A stretch of DNA of 59,875 nucleotides, counting the filler. It is 3 parts of 3 records of this genome, joined end to end, with 100 filler letters (N's around TTAATTAATTAA, not from the genome) between each part and the next. Parts side by side here need not be neighbours in the genome. Positions count along the whole stretch, not along the records: positions 29,492 to 48,807 come from SRR20825019_183; positions 48,908 to 59,875 come from SRR20825019_185; 1 more part is not named here. One strand, 5' to 3'. Both the position numbers and the translations under genes were made by a program. Below are positions 46,379-56,800 of the stretch, in pieces (the stretch's first letter is position 1; every line of letters starts with the position of its first letter). The notes beneath the pieces are model-generated. The model made no database searches. It saw only the letters and a list, made by a program, of their open reading frames with translations, and was not told the origin of the DNA.

Positions 46379-47941
46379 TTAGACATTGTCGGTGTTCTGA
46401 ATAGCATAGTATTCGGGGCTGGGGCGGGGGGGTCCGCCCTGAGTAATGCCCAAACGACCCAAATAAGTGCTGCGGACCTGATGGACTGTACGCTGGAGCT
46501 TGTCCTCCTGGTGCTGGCGGTTGTATTGGAAGACAGGGCCGGCGACCTCGAGCCCGTTAATGCCAATGAACTTAGCAGCGCGCCACTGCTTCTCCGACTC
46601 CTTAAGGGAATCAACGCCCGAAACCTTCTTCTTACGAATCAGGTCTTCAATGGCACCACCAAACCGGTAAGTGACAAGACCAAGCATCACAACCACAAGA
46701 CCAATGACGTCCTTGTACTGGAACGGCTTGCCCTTGGGAATATGGGGAATCGCGAAGGTCAAATTGCTGAGCGGCACCATGACAGTCATTGCAACCCACA
46801 ACACGTTGGCAGAACCGTGTTTCAGGATCATAATAATCAGAATGTTGTACAAAATATTGAAAACGAGGTACACATTCACAAAGACAGGCGCCATCAAGCA
46901 CTTGTCGTCCTTAGCAGGATCCTCGGATCCAGTTTTTGAGTTGAGGGAAACGTAGCACTTCAAACCCCTCCACAGCTCCCCGGGAATATTCTTCACAGGG
47001 TCAATACTAATGAAGGTATTAAAATTACTAGTATCGGCAAATGCTTGTGCATAAGCGGCAGGAATGGTCAGAGGAAGAGAAGTAATGAACTGGAAAACAG
47101 CAATCCAGCCATTAAGGTAAACTACGTCGATTTCAGTCTCTCCTAGAGCAATCTCCTTAAACACAGACGAAAGGGTCATAGGCAGGCACGACAACACCAT
47201 AATCGCAGCCCAGATATACTGAAGATATTTTGGAGGAGGCTTTGGCTTGTTTGGATCGTCTTCACTCTTTGCTGCCTCCTCGGGGTAGAAGACCACGAAA
47301 ATCAGACCAATAAGCACAACAGCAGCTCCAAGATATTGCCAGATCCTGTACTTCACACGCAAGAGAACCTTCGTAATAATCATCGACATGGGAATGGCTG
47401 ACTGTTGAAGCAGGATTGTGACGCCACCGTCGGGAATGAATGTCGTCGCAAAGACCTGCATAATCCCGGCAAACGAGTCCAATATGCCCATAACAGCGAA
47501 CTTGTACTTAGGGATTTCAGTTTCCTTCTTTGAGATGGCACTTCCGCACATCTGCATAGGGATGATGTATGCAAAACTAACAAAAGTTTAGTTATTGAAT
47601 ACAAATGAACACAGGAACACACAGAAAAAAGCTTACCTCGCAGGAATATAAATAAAGGTTGTCCACATGTTCATAAAGTTAGGGTAGTTCTTCATTGGCA
47701 GCGTCGCGAACACGTTGAAAAGCTTGTTGCCGAGACCGACAAAAATCATAGCAACAAACGAGAAGATTAGCATATTAGTTTTGGCCTGAGGTTTGCCAAC
47801 AGACTCGTCCTCCGCAACCACTGGCTTTTCAATATCATTGTAGACTTCTGCATCTTCACCGTCTGCCACAGGCAACAGAGGCTTGTGCAACTCGTCTCCC
47901 CCTTGCCCTTTACTCGACGACATCTTGCTCCACATCTTCAT
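46379..47941 (-). CDS. CRT-like (chloroquine resistance transporter family) protein
   Basis: GNKLFN...PMKNYPNF, KFAVMGILDS, LLQQSAIPMSM, SSVFKE, WIAVFQ, GLKC...DDC, FNILYNIL.....LKHGSA. One intron near 47577-47636. Confidence 0.9.
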
Positions 47942-48784
47942 ACGTACAGGAGACCTATATCTAGCTGTTGTGACTCGTGAAGTACCACTCACTCGCTTGT
48001 CACCTCGGAAGGTTGTCGGTTTGAGCACGAACGGCGGCATTCCGGAAAAAATAGGTGCTGAGGGGCTCCAGGACTGTTGGCCACGAGGACAGATTGATGG
48101 GGTTGGGGGGGGCGGGGAGGGTGTCATCACTTCTTCACTTCCTCGAGATCTCCTTGGTTCGTGACGAGGGCGGCGAGGCTGATCTCCGGCTCAGGCGGCC
48201 AAAAACCCGCGCGCAACCCGCATGACACCGGTCAGGTTTTTTCCACCTGGGGGTGCCGAGGCCGCCGGCTCCACCCGACCCAGCTCCGTCGTAAGCAGTG
48301 TCGTCTGGGCACCACTTAGGGCTTGTTTACAGTTTGGGCTTGATGCCGGACGCGAACAGGTGGAGTCCCCTTCAGTGCTGCTGGGCCGATCATTTTGGCG
48401 CGCTCCGATCAGCCTCTCTCCCTGATCGTATGCCAATTTCGGAGCGGCAATCTGGCTATTGAAAGGGCTCATCTCTGCGTGTCGCTTGCAATACGACGAA
48501 AACTCAACTGGAACCACACATCTCAACCGCATTTTATACTAAAACTTCTCATGACAATTATAATTGAATCAAATATAATGGTTATGTGTATATCAGAAGT
48601 AGCGGTTTTACGTGGTTGTCGTTCTCCTTGCCGCCGTGTCTCCGGCTTGGCCTGCAGCAGGAGGCCGCCGCCGCACGGTAGCCCAAAAGCCACCCCCGGC
48701 CCGGCGTTGCCGGTCCGCCGCCGCCGGTCCCGGCCGTCACTCCTACGTGCGGCCACGCCAGTGGGCGCGGCCGCCGACGGGCCT

Positions 48785-48807
48785 CCCCCCCCCCCCCCCC
48801 CCCCCCC
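48785..48807. repeat. Poly-C homopolymer at the contig end, inside a GC island
   Basis: Run of C immediately before the spacer, probably where the assembly broke. Confidence 0.8.
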
Positions 48808-48907
48808 NNNNNNNNNNNNNNNNNNNNNNNNNNNNNNNNNNNNNNNNNNNNTTAATTAATTAANNNNNNNNNNNNNNNNNNNNNNNNNNNNNNNNNNNNN
48901 NNNNNNN
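48808..48907. other. Artificial contig-joining spacer
   Basis: 44 N + TTAATTAATTAA + 44 N. Confidence 0.99.
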
Positions 48908-49111
48908 ACATTAAAATAGTATACTTTTTTTATATTGATAACATTGATATGTGGAAAATGGAGGTAATTTCAACACAAATACGCATCTATCTCTTGTCAC
49001 ACGGGATTGGATGTGCGATATTGGATGTGCTTGTGTTGATCTTCACACTGTTACTATTTAGCTATTTTGTTCATCTTTCTTTCGTCCTTCTTTCATTACT
49101 TAGTAGTCACC

Positions 49112-50050
49112 ATGGCCAAGGAGTCATCGGCACCCGATACCCCCACAATGTCCACTCAGGAAGATACGGGACTAGCCCGCTATCGCATCCCCTTCTACCT
49201 AGCTCTCAACGCTACCTCCAGTATTGGTATCGTCGCTATGAACAAGTACGTCTTCGAGGCGGGCTTCAAATACGGCACCCTTCTCACTATGATCCACTTT
49301 ATCGTCACCTTCATCGGACTTGAAATTTGCCGTAACTTTGGCGTATTTGAAATGAAGAAGGTCAGCATAATGAAGGTGCTTCCCCTCAGTGCCAGCTTCT
49401 GCGGTTTCGTTGTCCTCACCAATCTTTCTCTTGTCTACAACACGATTGGTTTCTACCAGGTTATGAAGGTACTTACTACTCCCCTCCTCGTCGTCATCCA
49501 AACCCTTTTCTACGGCGAGACCTTCTCCGCTAAGATCAAGATGTCATTGGGTATTACATGCCTGGGCGTAATCATCACCACCATCACCGATACCAGTGCT
49601 AACCTCCCCGGCACCCTTATAGCCCTTAGCGCCCTCCTTGTCACCTGTATGTATCAGATTTGGGTGGGCACCAAGCAGAAGGAGCTTGAGTGCAGCGGCT
49701 TCCAGCTACTGTACTGGCAAGCCCCACTCTCCGCAGCCATGCTCATCCCCGTCGTCCCCATCTTCGATCAGAACATTGGTAACCTTGTCGAGCTACCACC
49801 TAACCACATCCTTATCGGCGTTCTCATGTCTTCCCTCTTGGCATTCCTGGTTAACCTCAGCATTTTCCTAGTAATCGGAAAGACCAGCCCCGTCACATAC
49901 AACGTACTTGGACACTTCAAGCTCAGCGTCATTATGACCCTTGGATTCGTGTTCTTTGGAGCCCCCCTCGACCCCAAGAACTTATTCGGCATCTTTGTCA
50001 CATTGGCCGGTGTGTTCTGGTACACCCACATCAAGGCGAACGGTCAATAG
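49112..50050 (+). CDS. Nucleotide-sugar transporter (SLC35E3/UXT-like, TPT family)
   Basis: SIGIVAMNK, FVVLTNLSLVYNTIGFYQVMKVLTTP, IGKTSPVTYNVLGHFK. ATG at 49112 follows a polypyrimidine-AG. Confidence 0.93.
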   Translation: MAKESSAPDTPTMSTQEDTGLARYRIPFYLALNATSSIGIVAMNKYVFEAGFKYGTLLTMIHFIVTFIGLEICRNFGVFEMKKVSIMKVLPLSASFCGFVVLTNLSLVYNTIGFYQVMKVLTTPLLVVIQTLFYGETFSAKIKMSLGITCLGVIITTITDTSANLPGTLIALSALLVTCMYQIWVGTKQKELECSGFQLLYWQAPLSAAMLIPVVPIFDQNIGNLVELPPNHILIGVLMSSLLAFLVNLSIFLVIGKTSPVTYNVLGHFKLSVIMTLGFVFFGAPLDPKNLFGIFVTLAGVFWYTHIKANGQ

Positions 50051-50277
50051 CCCAAGGGTACAGGGGTACCTACGTGGGTGAGGAGGTCAGACTGCTGCTG
50101 CTGGCAACTTCCCACTGTTTGGGGTGGTAAAAATAATATGTAATGTCCCCACTGCGTTGGGTATCGTTAACATGTCCTGATCTTTCGTTTTCTTTAATTT
50201 GTCATATTTATATATTATTTATATTTGAACTACCTCCTCCTTATTAACAATATACAAAGTGATTCCCACACCCTGCC

Positions 50278-51051
50278 ATGTCCGTTGCCCCCAAAGTCAC
50301 CGAGTCTGCCCCCCAGTACTATATTCTGGATCCCGTCAACGAGCCACTGAGCAAGAAGATCTCTGAGACCCTTACCTGGTTCTCCCCAGCCTTCTCCCCC
50401 AAGGACGTCCCCCGTTTCTACGACATCTCATCTATCACCGAGAATCCTGCCCTATTCACAGAGGTCATCGATGCTATGGCCCGTCGCTACACCGCCCTCC
50501 CCGTTGATGAGCGTCCCACCCACGTTCTCGGCTTTGATGCCCGTGGGTTCCTCCTCGGCGTCCCCCTTGCCCTCAAGCTGATGATCCCCTTCGTGATGAT
50601 GAGGAAGGCAGGTAAGAGCCCCGGTCTTCTCTATGAGAGCACCCCCTACCACAAGGAATACGCTGAGGCTAAGGCCGATACCATGGCCATCCGCATGGAC
50701 TCCATCAACCAGGGAAGCCGTGTCGTACTTGTTGATGACCTCATCGCTACCGGAGGTACCGCCGTGTCTGGCTTCGAACTTGTCGAGGCTTGCGGGGCTA
50801 ATGTGGTCGAGTTTGCTGCCGTCATCGGTATCCCCTTCCTCGACGGCGTGAGCAAGATCCGTGAGTTCTCTAACGGCAAGTACAAGGATGTCTCCGTTTT
50901 TACTCTAGTCCACGACAGTACTATCACCGAGGCTACCTGCGGAGATCCAAAGAATGAGGGCCTCCTAAATGACGCCACCCCCCGCATCACCCCCTGCGCA
51001 GCTAGCCCCAACGTTGCCCCTCTGTCTTTAACAAAGAGCTCCTCCGAGTAG
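50278..51051 (+). CDS. APRT: Adenine phosphoribosyltransferase, kinetoplastid long form
   Basis: WFSPAFSPKDVPRF.DISSITE, GFDARGF, RKAGK, Y.KEY, PRPP loop VVLVDDLIATGGT, C-terminal CGD extension as in Leishmania APRT. Confidence 0.96.
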   Translation: MSVAPKVTESAPQYYILDPVNEPLSKKISETLTWFSPAFSPKDVPRFYDISSITENPALFTEVIDAMARRYTALPVDERPTHVLGFDARGFLLGVPLALKLMIPFVMMRKAGKSPGLLYESTPYHKEYAEAKADTMAIRMDSINQGSRVVLVDDLIATGGTAVSGFELVEACGANVVEFAAVIGIPFLDGVSKIREFSNGKYKDVSVFTLVHDSTITEATCGDPKNEGLLNDATPRITPCAASPNVAPLSLTKSSSE

Positions 51052-51660
51052 GTGCATACCTATCGAAAGGGCATCCAGACATGTTCTATACCTCTATGGT
51101 TAAGATAGGTTTGCTGTCCGCACATGTGCATAATTTACTCGTTGAAGCTCCCAAAGGTCCTGATGGGGGATGATGACACCTACTACACACACCTATCTCT
51201 GCCTTCTTCATTCCTCCCCATTCCTGCTAGCCGGAGGGGGGGGGGTTGCCTTTGTGGGATGGTGTGGATGGGGAGGCTCTATCCCCTACAGAGTAGCCTA
51301 CATGTCACATAATAACATCCTTCCAATTTATAACATTTTACAACTCTGTCGTCGTCGTCACACCTCCCCTCTCATATCTCACGCACATGCCGCCACCCCA
51401 CCTTACCCATTCCTAGCGCCTGTAGAGAGCTTTCACTATATAGCCCAGTAGGACTCACCTGTTAGACATGAGAGGGGTTTACAGCCGACCAACCGTTTGG
51501 AAACAACTCTGAACGGATGATTTGACTTCACAATAAAACTATATAAATGGGCGTGCGTGTGGGTTGGTTAGCGAACACTGTTTTGTTGTATTCGAACATT
51601 TATGACTAAATTCTCCTCTTTTCTTCCTGCTTCTCAAAGTATTCTCAATCAAAAACATAT

Positions 51661-52512
51661 ATGCCCCCCAAGAAGGTACAGGTAACACTAACTGGTGCCA
51701 AAGTGGGTCGGCCCGGCCACCAAGGGGCTGTGTCCATCAAGGCAATGTTGGAGAGGGCCAGCCCAGAGTGGGCCAAGGCCATGTGGGCATCAGGTCCCCC
51801 TCCCTATGAAGATCATATCAATGGGTTTCTTGAAGATGAGGTCAACGTTCAAGGTAGAGAGGTGTTCCCTCCATTGGAAGAGTGTTTTACCGCCTTCTCT
51901 GCAACCCCCCTGAGCAAAGTTAGGGTGGTACTCATCGGTCAGGACCCCTACCATGACAACAACCAGGCCCACGGTCTATGCTTCTCTGTAAGGCCCGGGA
52001 TTAAGGCACCCCCTAGCCTGGTTAATATGTATAAAGAGCTTGCGACTGATGGCCCCGACGCCTTCAAGGTTCTCAAGGACTACAAGGAAGCCCACAGCAT
52101 CACCACTCCCACCCCCACTGCGTTCGAGCGTCCTACTGACGGGCACGGCTTCTTGGCACGGTGGGCTGAGGAGGAGGGTGTTTTACTACTCAATGCTACT
52201 CTGACCGTCAGGGCCCACCAGGCCAACAGTCATGCAAAAGACAGCAAGTGGGCTCTCTTTACTGATGATGTGATACGCACTGTTAACCGCTGTTGCGATC
52301 CTGGTGTTGTATTCTTGCTGTGGGGTGGGTTCGCACAGAAGAAGGGTAAATTGGTGGACACTACAAAACATACCGCCGTCAGTGTCGCTCATCCCTCTCC
52401 TCTGTCCATAAAACACTGGGTTGGCTGTAAGACATTCTCGAAGTGTAATGCCGCACTGGCTGCAGCAGGACGCCTTCCAGTCGATTGGTCCCTCCCCGCC
52501 ACTGCTAAGTAG
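51661..52512 (+). CDS. UNG: Uracil-DNA glycosylase (family 1)
   Basis: GQDPYH, AHGLCFSV, PPSL.N, GVLLLN, FLLWG, HPSPLS. Confidence 0.97.
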   Translation: MPPKKVQVTLTGAKVGRPGHQGAVSIKAMLERASPEWAKAMWASGPPPYEDHINGFLEDEVNVQGREVFPPLEECFTAFSATPLSKVRVVLIGQDPYHDNNQAHGLCFSVRPGIKAPPSLVNMYKELATDGPDAFKVLKDYKEAHSITTPTPTAFERPTDGHGFLARWAEEEGVLLLNATLTVRAHQANSHAKDSKWALFTDDVIRTVNRCCDPGVVFLLWGGFAQKKGKLVDTTKHTAVSVAHPSPLSIKHWVGCKTFSKCNAALAAAGRLPVDWSLPATAK

Positions 52513-52705
52513 TGCTACATCTTTCAAATACAACGGCCCTACAATACATTATACCGCATCTCACACCCTACGACATACACTCATCATCACTACCGTTGAA
52601 ATGTATCTCTAATTCCCCCTATTCATATACATTTAACGTTTTGAGCTTGTGGCTACTTTTGAATAACTTTCCCTTCGTCTTTGAAGTCTCATCCTCTTAA
52701 CTACA

Positions 52706-53695
52706 ATGAAGGCCCCTGTTCGTGTTGCCATCACTGGAGCTGCCGGCCAGATCGGCTATGCTATCGCTTTCCGTATCGCTGCAGGCGAGATGCTTGGAGC
52801 TGACCAACCTGTCATCCTCCAACTACTCGAGGTTCCCTTTGACGGTCCACAGAAGGCACTCAAGGGAGTTATCATGGAGCTTGAGGACTGTGCCTTCCCC
52901 CTTGTGGCAGGCATCGAAGGACACGGTGATCCCAACACTGCCTTCGCCAATACCGACTACGCCCTCCTAATCGGTGCTCGTCCTCGCGGTCCCGGGATGG
53001 AGCGTGCTGACCTTCTCCAGGCCAATGCCGACATCTTCACCGTCCAGGGCAAGGCCCTAAATGCCGTCGCCTCACGTAACGTTAAGGTGCTTGTTGTGGG
53101 TAACCCCGCCAACACCAACGCCTACATCGCTATGAAGTCTGCACCATCTATTCCTGCTGAGAACTTCACAGCTATGCTCCGCCTCGACCACAACCGTGCC
53201 CTCCACCAGCTGTCCGCCAAGCTTAACGTGCCCGTTACTAACATCAACAAGATGTGCGTATGGGGTAACCACAGCCCCACTATGTATGCCGACTACAGCT
53301 ACGCCACCACCACCGAGGGCGCATCTGTAAAGGACGCCATCAACGATGCTACTTGGTTTGAGAACGACTTCCTCCCTACTGTCGGAAAGCGTGGTGCTGC
53401 CATCATCGAGGCCCGTGGACTCTCCTCTGCCGCATCTGCGGCCAACGCTGCGATCGGCCACATGCGCGACTGGGCGATCGGCACCAACGGCTCATGGGTT
53501 ACTATGGGTGTTCCATCTAAGGGATGGTATGGTATCCCCGAGGGCGTTGTGTTCGGATTCCCTGTGACTTGCAAGGATGGTGTTTACACTGTGGTCGAGG
53601 GCCTCGAGGTCAGCCAGTTCAGCAAGGACCGTATCAAGGTCACCCTCGACGAGCTTCTCGCCGAGCAGAAGGATGTGGCATCAAAGCTCCAGTAA
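52706..53695 (+). CDS. mdh: Malate dehydrogenase, MDH1/dimeric type, betaproteobacteria-like
   Basis: [57 protein letters not shown]. Confidence 0.97.
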   Translation: MKAPVRVAITGAAGQIGYAIAFRIAAGEMLGADQPVILQLLEVPFDGPQKALKGVIMELEDCAFPLVAGIEGHGDPNTAFANTDYALLIGARPRGPGMERADLLQANADIFTVQGKALNAVASRNVKVLVVGNPANTNAYIAMKSAPSIPAENFTAMLRLDHNRALHQLSAKLNVPVTNINKMCVWGNHSPTMYADYSYATTTEGASVKDAINDATWFENDFLPTVGKRGAAIIEARGLSSAASAANAAIGHMRDWAIGTNGSWVTMGVPSKGWYGIPEGVVFGFPVTCKDGVYTVVEGLEVSQFSKDRIKVTLDELLAEQKDVASKLQ

Positions 53696-53821
53696 ATAAC
53701 CTATCGCTGCCTATTTAATACTTGCGCTTTGAAATATTCGAGTTTGAAAATAAATAATACATTGAATATTATTTGAGTTATTTTATGTTCTGCTCCCCTC
53801 TTACAAAGTGTTTTAAGTAGA

Positions 53822-56800
53822 ATGCAAGCAGCTGCCGCCACACGCCCCAAGAAACCTATGAGCAGTAGTGGTGTAGGTACTGGCTCATCGCCTCTGACCA
53901 AGCGTCTCGCACAGGAGCACGGATTCCCTAAGCGTCTATCGGCGACCGCGGGATCTCGTGCTGCCCGCAGTATTAGGTCAGCACCAACGGATGGTGCCCG
54001 TACCCGTAATGGTAGCGCGAATACTGTTGATGAGCCGATACAGGCCAGTAGGGGGGCAACCCTTAAAATGGAATTGGCAGGTGTCCAGCGGCTTCAGCAA
54101 CTCGTCGAGCTTACTAACGACCCCGCCACTGCTACCCAATATAGACAGCAGGCTGCTGGATTGGCTGAGTGTCTAGCCTGCTTTCCCAACGGATTCACAC
54201 CTGCTGTTGCTCAGGATGGTGTGGGTCAACTCCTCCTATCCCTATCCGCCGCAGTTGCAACGGGGGCCGAAGGGACCGAGAAGCTAGTACCTGCTCTAAC
54301 CTCCCTCATTCAGCGAGCATCCCAGCCTCTATTATGCGCTACCCTTGAGGACCAGCGACTGGCTGAAGCAGCCGTCGCTTCCATCTGCCGCTCCCTTTCT
54401 GCTCCCCTCTCGATCCCAAACCACCCTGAAGTACGTATTGCGGCCGCAATTGGATTGGGGGATGTGTTCGCCTTGGTTCGCAGTATGGCCGGGGATGACG
54501 TTGGGAGGAGTAGGGATGGAAGGGGGCTCGGTGAGACGGCAGCCTCATGGCGGCTCAACCTTCGCAGATCAATTACCTTAGATGTGTTGCAGGTACTAGT
54601 ATCTACCTGGCACCGGTGTGTGGAGGAGGAGATGTCAGCCATCACTACCGCCGCCAATGACGCCTCCGCCAACCAACGAGCCGCCCTTTCGGATAGTAGT
54701 GACGAAGATGTGGAGGATAAATCATCCGCTGCAAACTCCTCAGCAACAGGAGCTGGAGGTACTGCGTCCTCAGCCGAGAGATTTGCCATCACTGCAAGCT
54801 CCCGAAGGACCCAGAGTGCCATTGTACCTACCGAACTCATTGCCCTACTACGGGCTGTCCGTGAGGCCTCCTTCCTTGCTCCCCAGGCGAACCATCTTGC
54901 CCTTGACTGTGATGCATGCGACGAGTGCTTCCGCACTCTGGCGGTCTGCGATCGGGGTGATTACCGCGTTGGTCTCATAGTCGATGTTCTCCTTAATCTG
55001 TTAGAGCTTTGCCCTGAGGCGGCTCAGAGCTGCACGAGCCCAATCGCAATCCAAGCCTTGTATGGCGCATTTGTAGAGTGCCTTGCGTTGGGATACCAAC
55101 AGCGCCAACGGGAGATCCGTAACGACTTCATCGTAATTCTTACACATATCCTCCAGGCCGATGGGGATGCCTTCATTCCCCTCCTAGGCCCTCTCAGCGA
55201 GGTTCTTTTGGACTTGGCGTGTGGCAGTGAGATGAGCCAGAGGGTGGCGTTAGCAGGAGACGATAACTCATCCTATGCCCTCAGCCCACACATCAACCCA
55301 ACACACCACTATACAACCCGACACGAAGACCAGCAGGCTAAGCTCCTTTCATGGGCCTTCTTATCCGCTCTAGCCTGTAGGGATGAGGCTATTGCCGGAG
55401 CTACACTAGCTTGGGGGTTTCTCCAGGTGCTGCTGTCTTACATTGATGTTCACTGTGACCTACCGGCTGTCGTACGTTGGTCCACAGCCCAGCTGCTTGA
55501 GATCCAAGAACATGCCCTCTTGGTACTGTCGGAGATGGCACCGTTGGCATGGGAGCGGTTTGTGGAGTACAATGCCGCACATGTCCTCCAAAGCTACATT
55601 GTCGAATGCCCCGACGCCCGTCTCCGCAACCTAGCTGTGACAGTTCTTGCCCGACTCGCGGTCACAGATGCCCGCACACAGGTCGCCGAAGCTGGTACCA
55701 CCCCAATGGCCCTCCAGCTGCTCTCATCATTGGACAGTGACTCGTTGTGTGTTGAGTGTTTGAATATGCTTGCCGATTTGGTGAGCCTCAGCGACGATCA
55801 GAGGAAGCTATTCTTTGACTGCGGAGGTGTCGAGATCGCCACCCCCTTCCTTGCCTTCGCGCCCAACTATCATACGGAGTTGAGGGAGAGCGTCGTACTG
55901 AGTGCAGTCGACTGTGTATGGAGTTGCATATTCGGCCGACCAGATAGCGAGGCGGCCTTCATTGCTGCGGATGGTGTTCATCTCTTCCTCTCGGCCCTAG
56001 AGACCGTCTCCCCTAAGCACGCACCTTACATGGTATCGGCCCTCGCCGACCTGCTTAACAATGCTGATAGTGTCAAGTTCGTAAGGGTGTGGAGGAGTCC
56101 CACAACTGGCCGCTCAGCAGTGCAGCTCTTCACAGCCCTTTGGCTGCGAGTTGCACAATCAGGAGATCCTGTTCAGGCGGTTGGGGGTGGAAGGCTTCGT
56201 GATGGCCAGTCGGCTGTATCTCCAAGTGTACTGACACTAATTGAAGGCCAACAAACATTCCTCAAGGTGTACGCTTGTATGTGTAGGGTTGGTTTTGCCG
56301 ACCACCGTGAGCTTACCCCGAACCAACGGGCCACACTGGCCCACATTGAGCTATATGAGCAGCTGTGCAACGACGCCGCTTGGCTAAGGGTTGATGAGGA
56401 CCTAAATGAGCACAGTATCCAGGCCATTCCCACCGACCGTCGTAAGTTAGATGCCATCCTCGCTGCGGGTAGAGATCGGAAGAACACCCTGGACGAGGTG
56501 CAAGGGCATTTCCTTGCAGAGGGAGCCGACAGGGAGGCAGCAACTGACCTAGCGTACTACAAGTCCCTCATCAAAAAGACAGAGGAGGCCCTTCCCGACG
56601 GAGTGGGGGTAATGTGTGGCATGACGATAACCCAGGCTAAGATCCGCAAGGCTCAAATGTTAAAGCAGTCGTTCCAGAGCGCACAGGCACAGCAACAGGC
56701 ACGTACCTACGAGCAGGCCGCCCTCCATAACACAGGTAGTGCGGGTAGCAGCCCCGCCACTCAGCAGCTTTCATGGACCGCTCCATCTCCACTGCTGCCC

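Noticed and set aside
1224-48863. Many Pro/Arg/Gly/Ala-rich ORFs over GC islands (for example 1224..1613, 15527..16032, 33761..34384, 38325..39179)
   Set aside because: Stop-poor by-products of extreme GC content, overlapping on all frames with no family motifs.
51052-51660. snoRNA in the long APRT-UNG spacer (ATGATGA at 51170, weak hairpins)
   Set aside because: No D box at a suitable distance and no supportable guide sequence. Could be rechecked with Infernal.
53684-53695. Glycosomal PTS1 on the MDH (..ASKLQ*)
   Set aside because: SKL is not terminal. The last tripeptide is KLQ.
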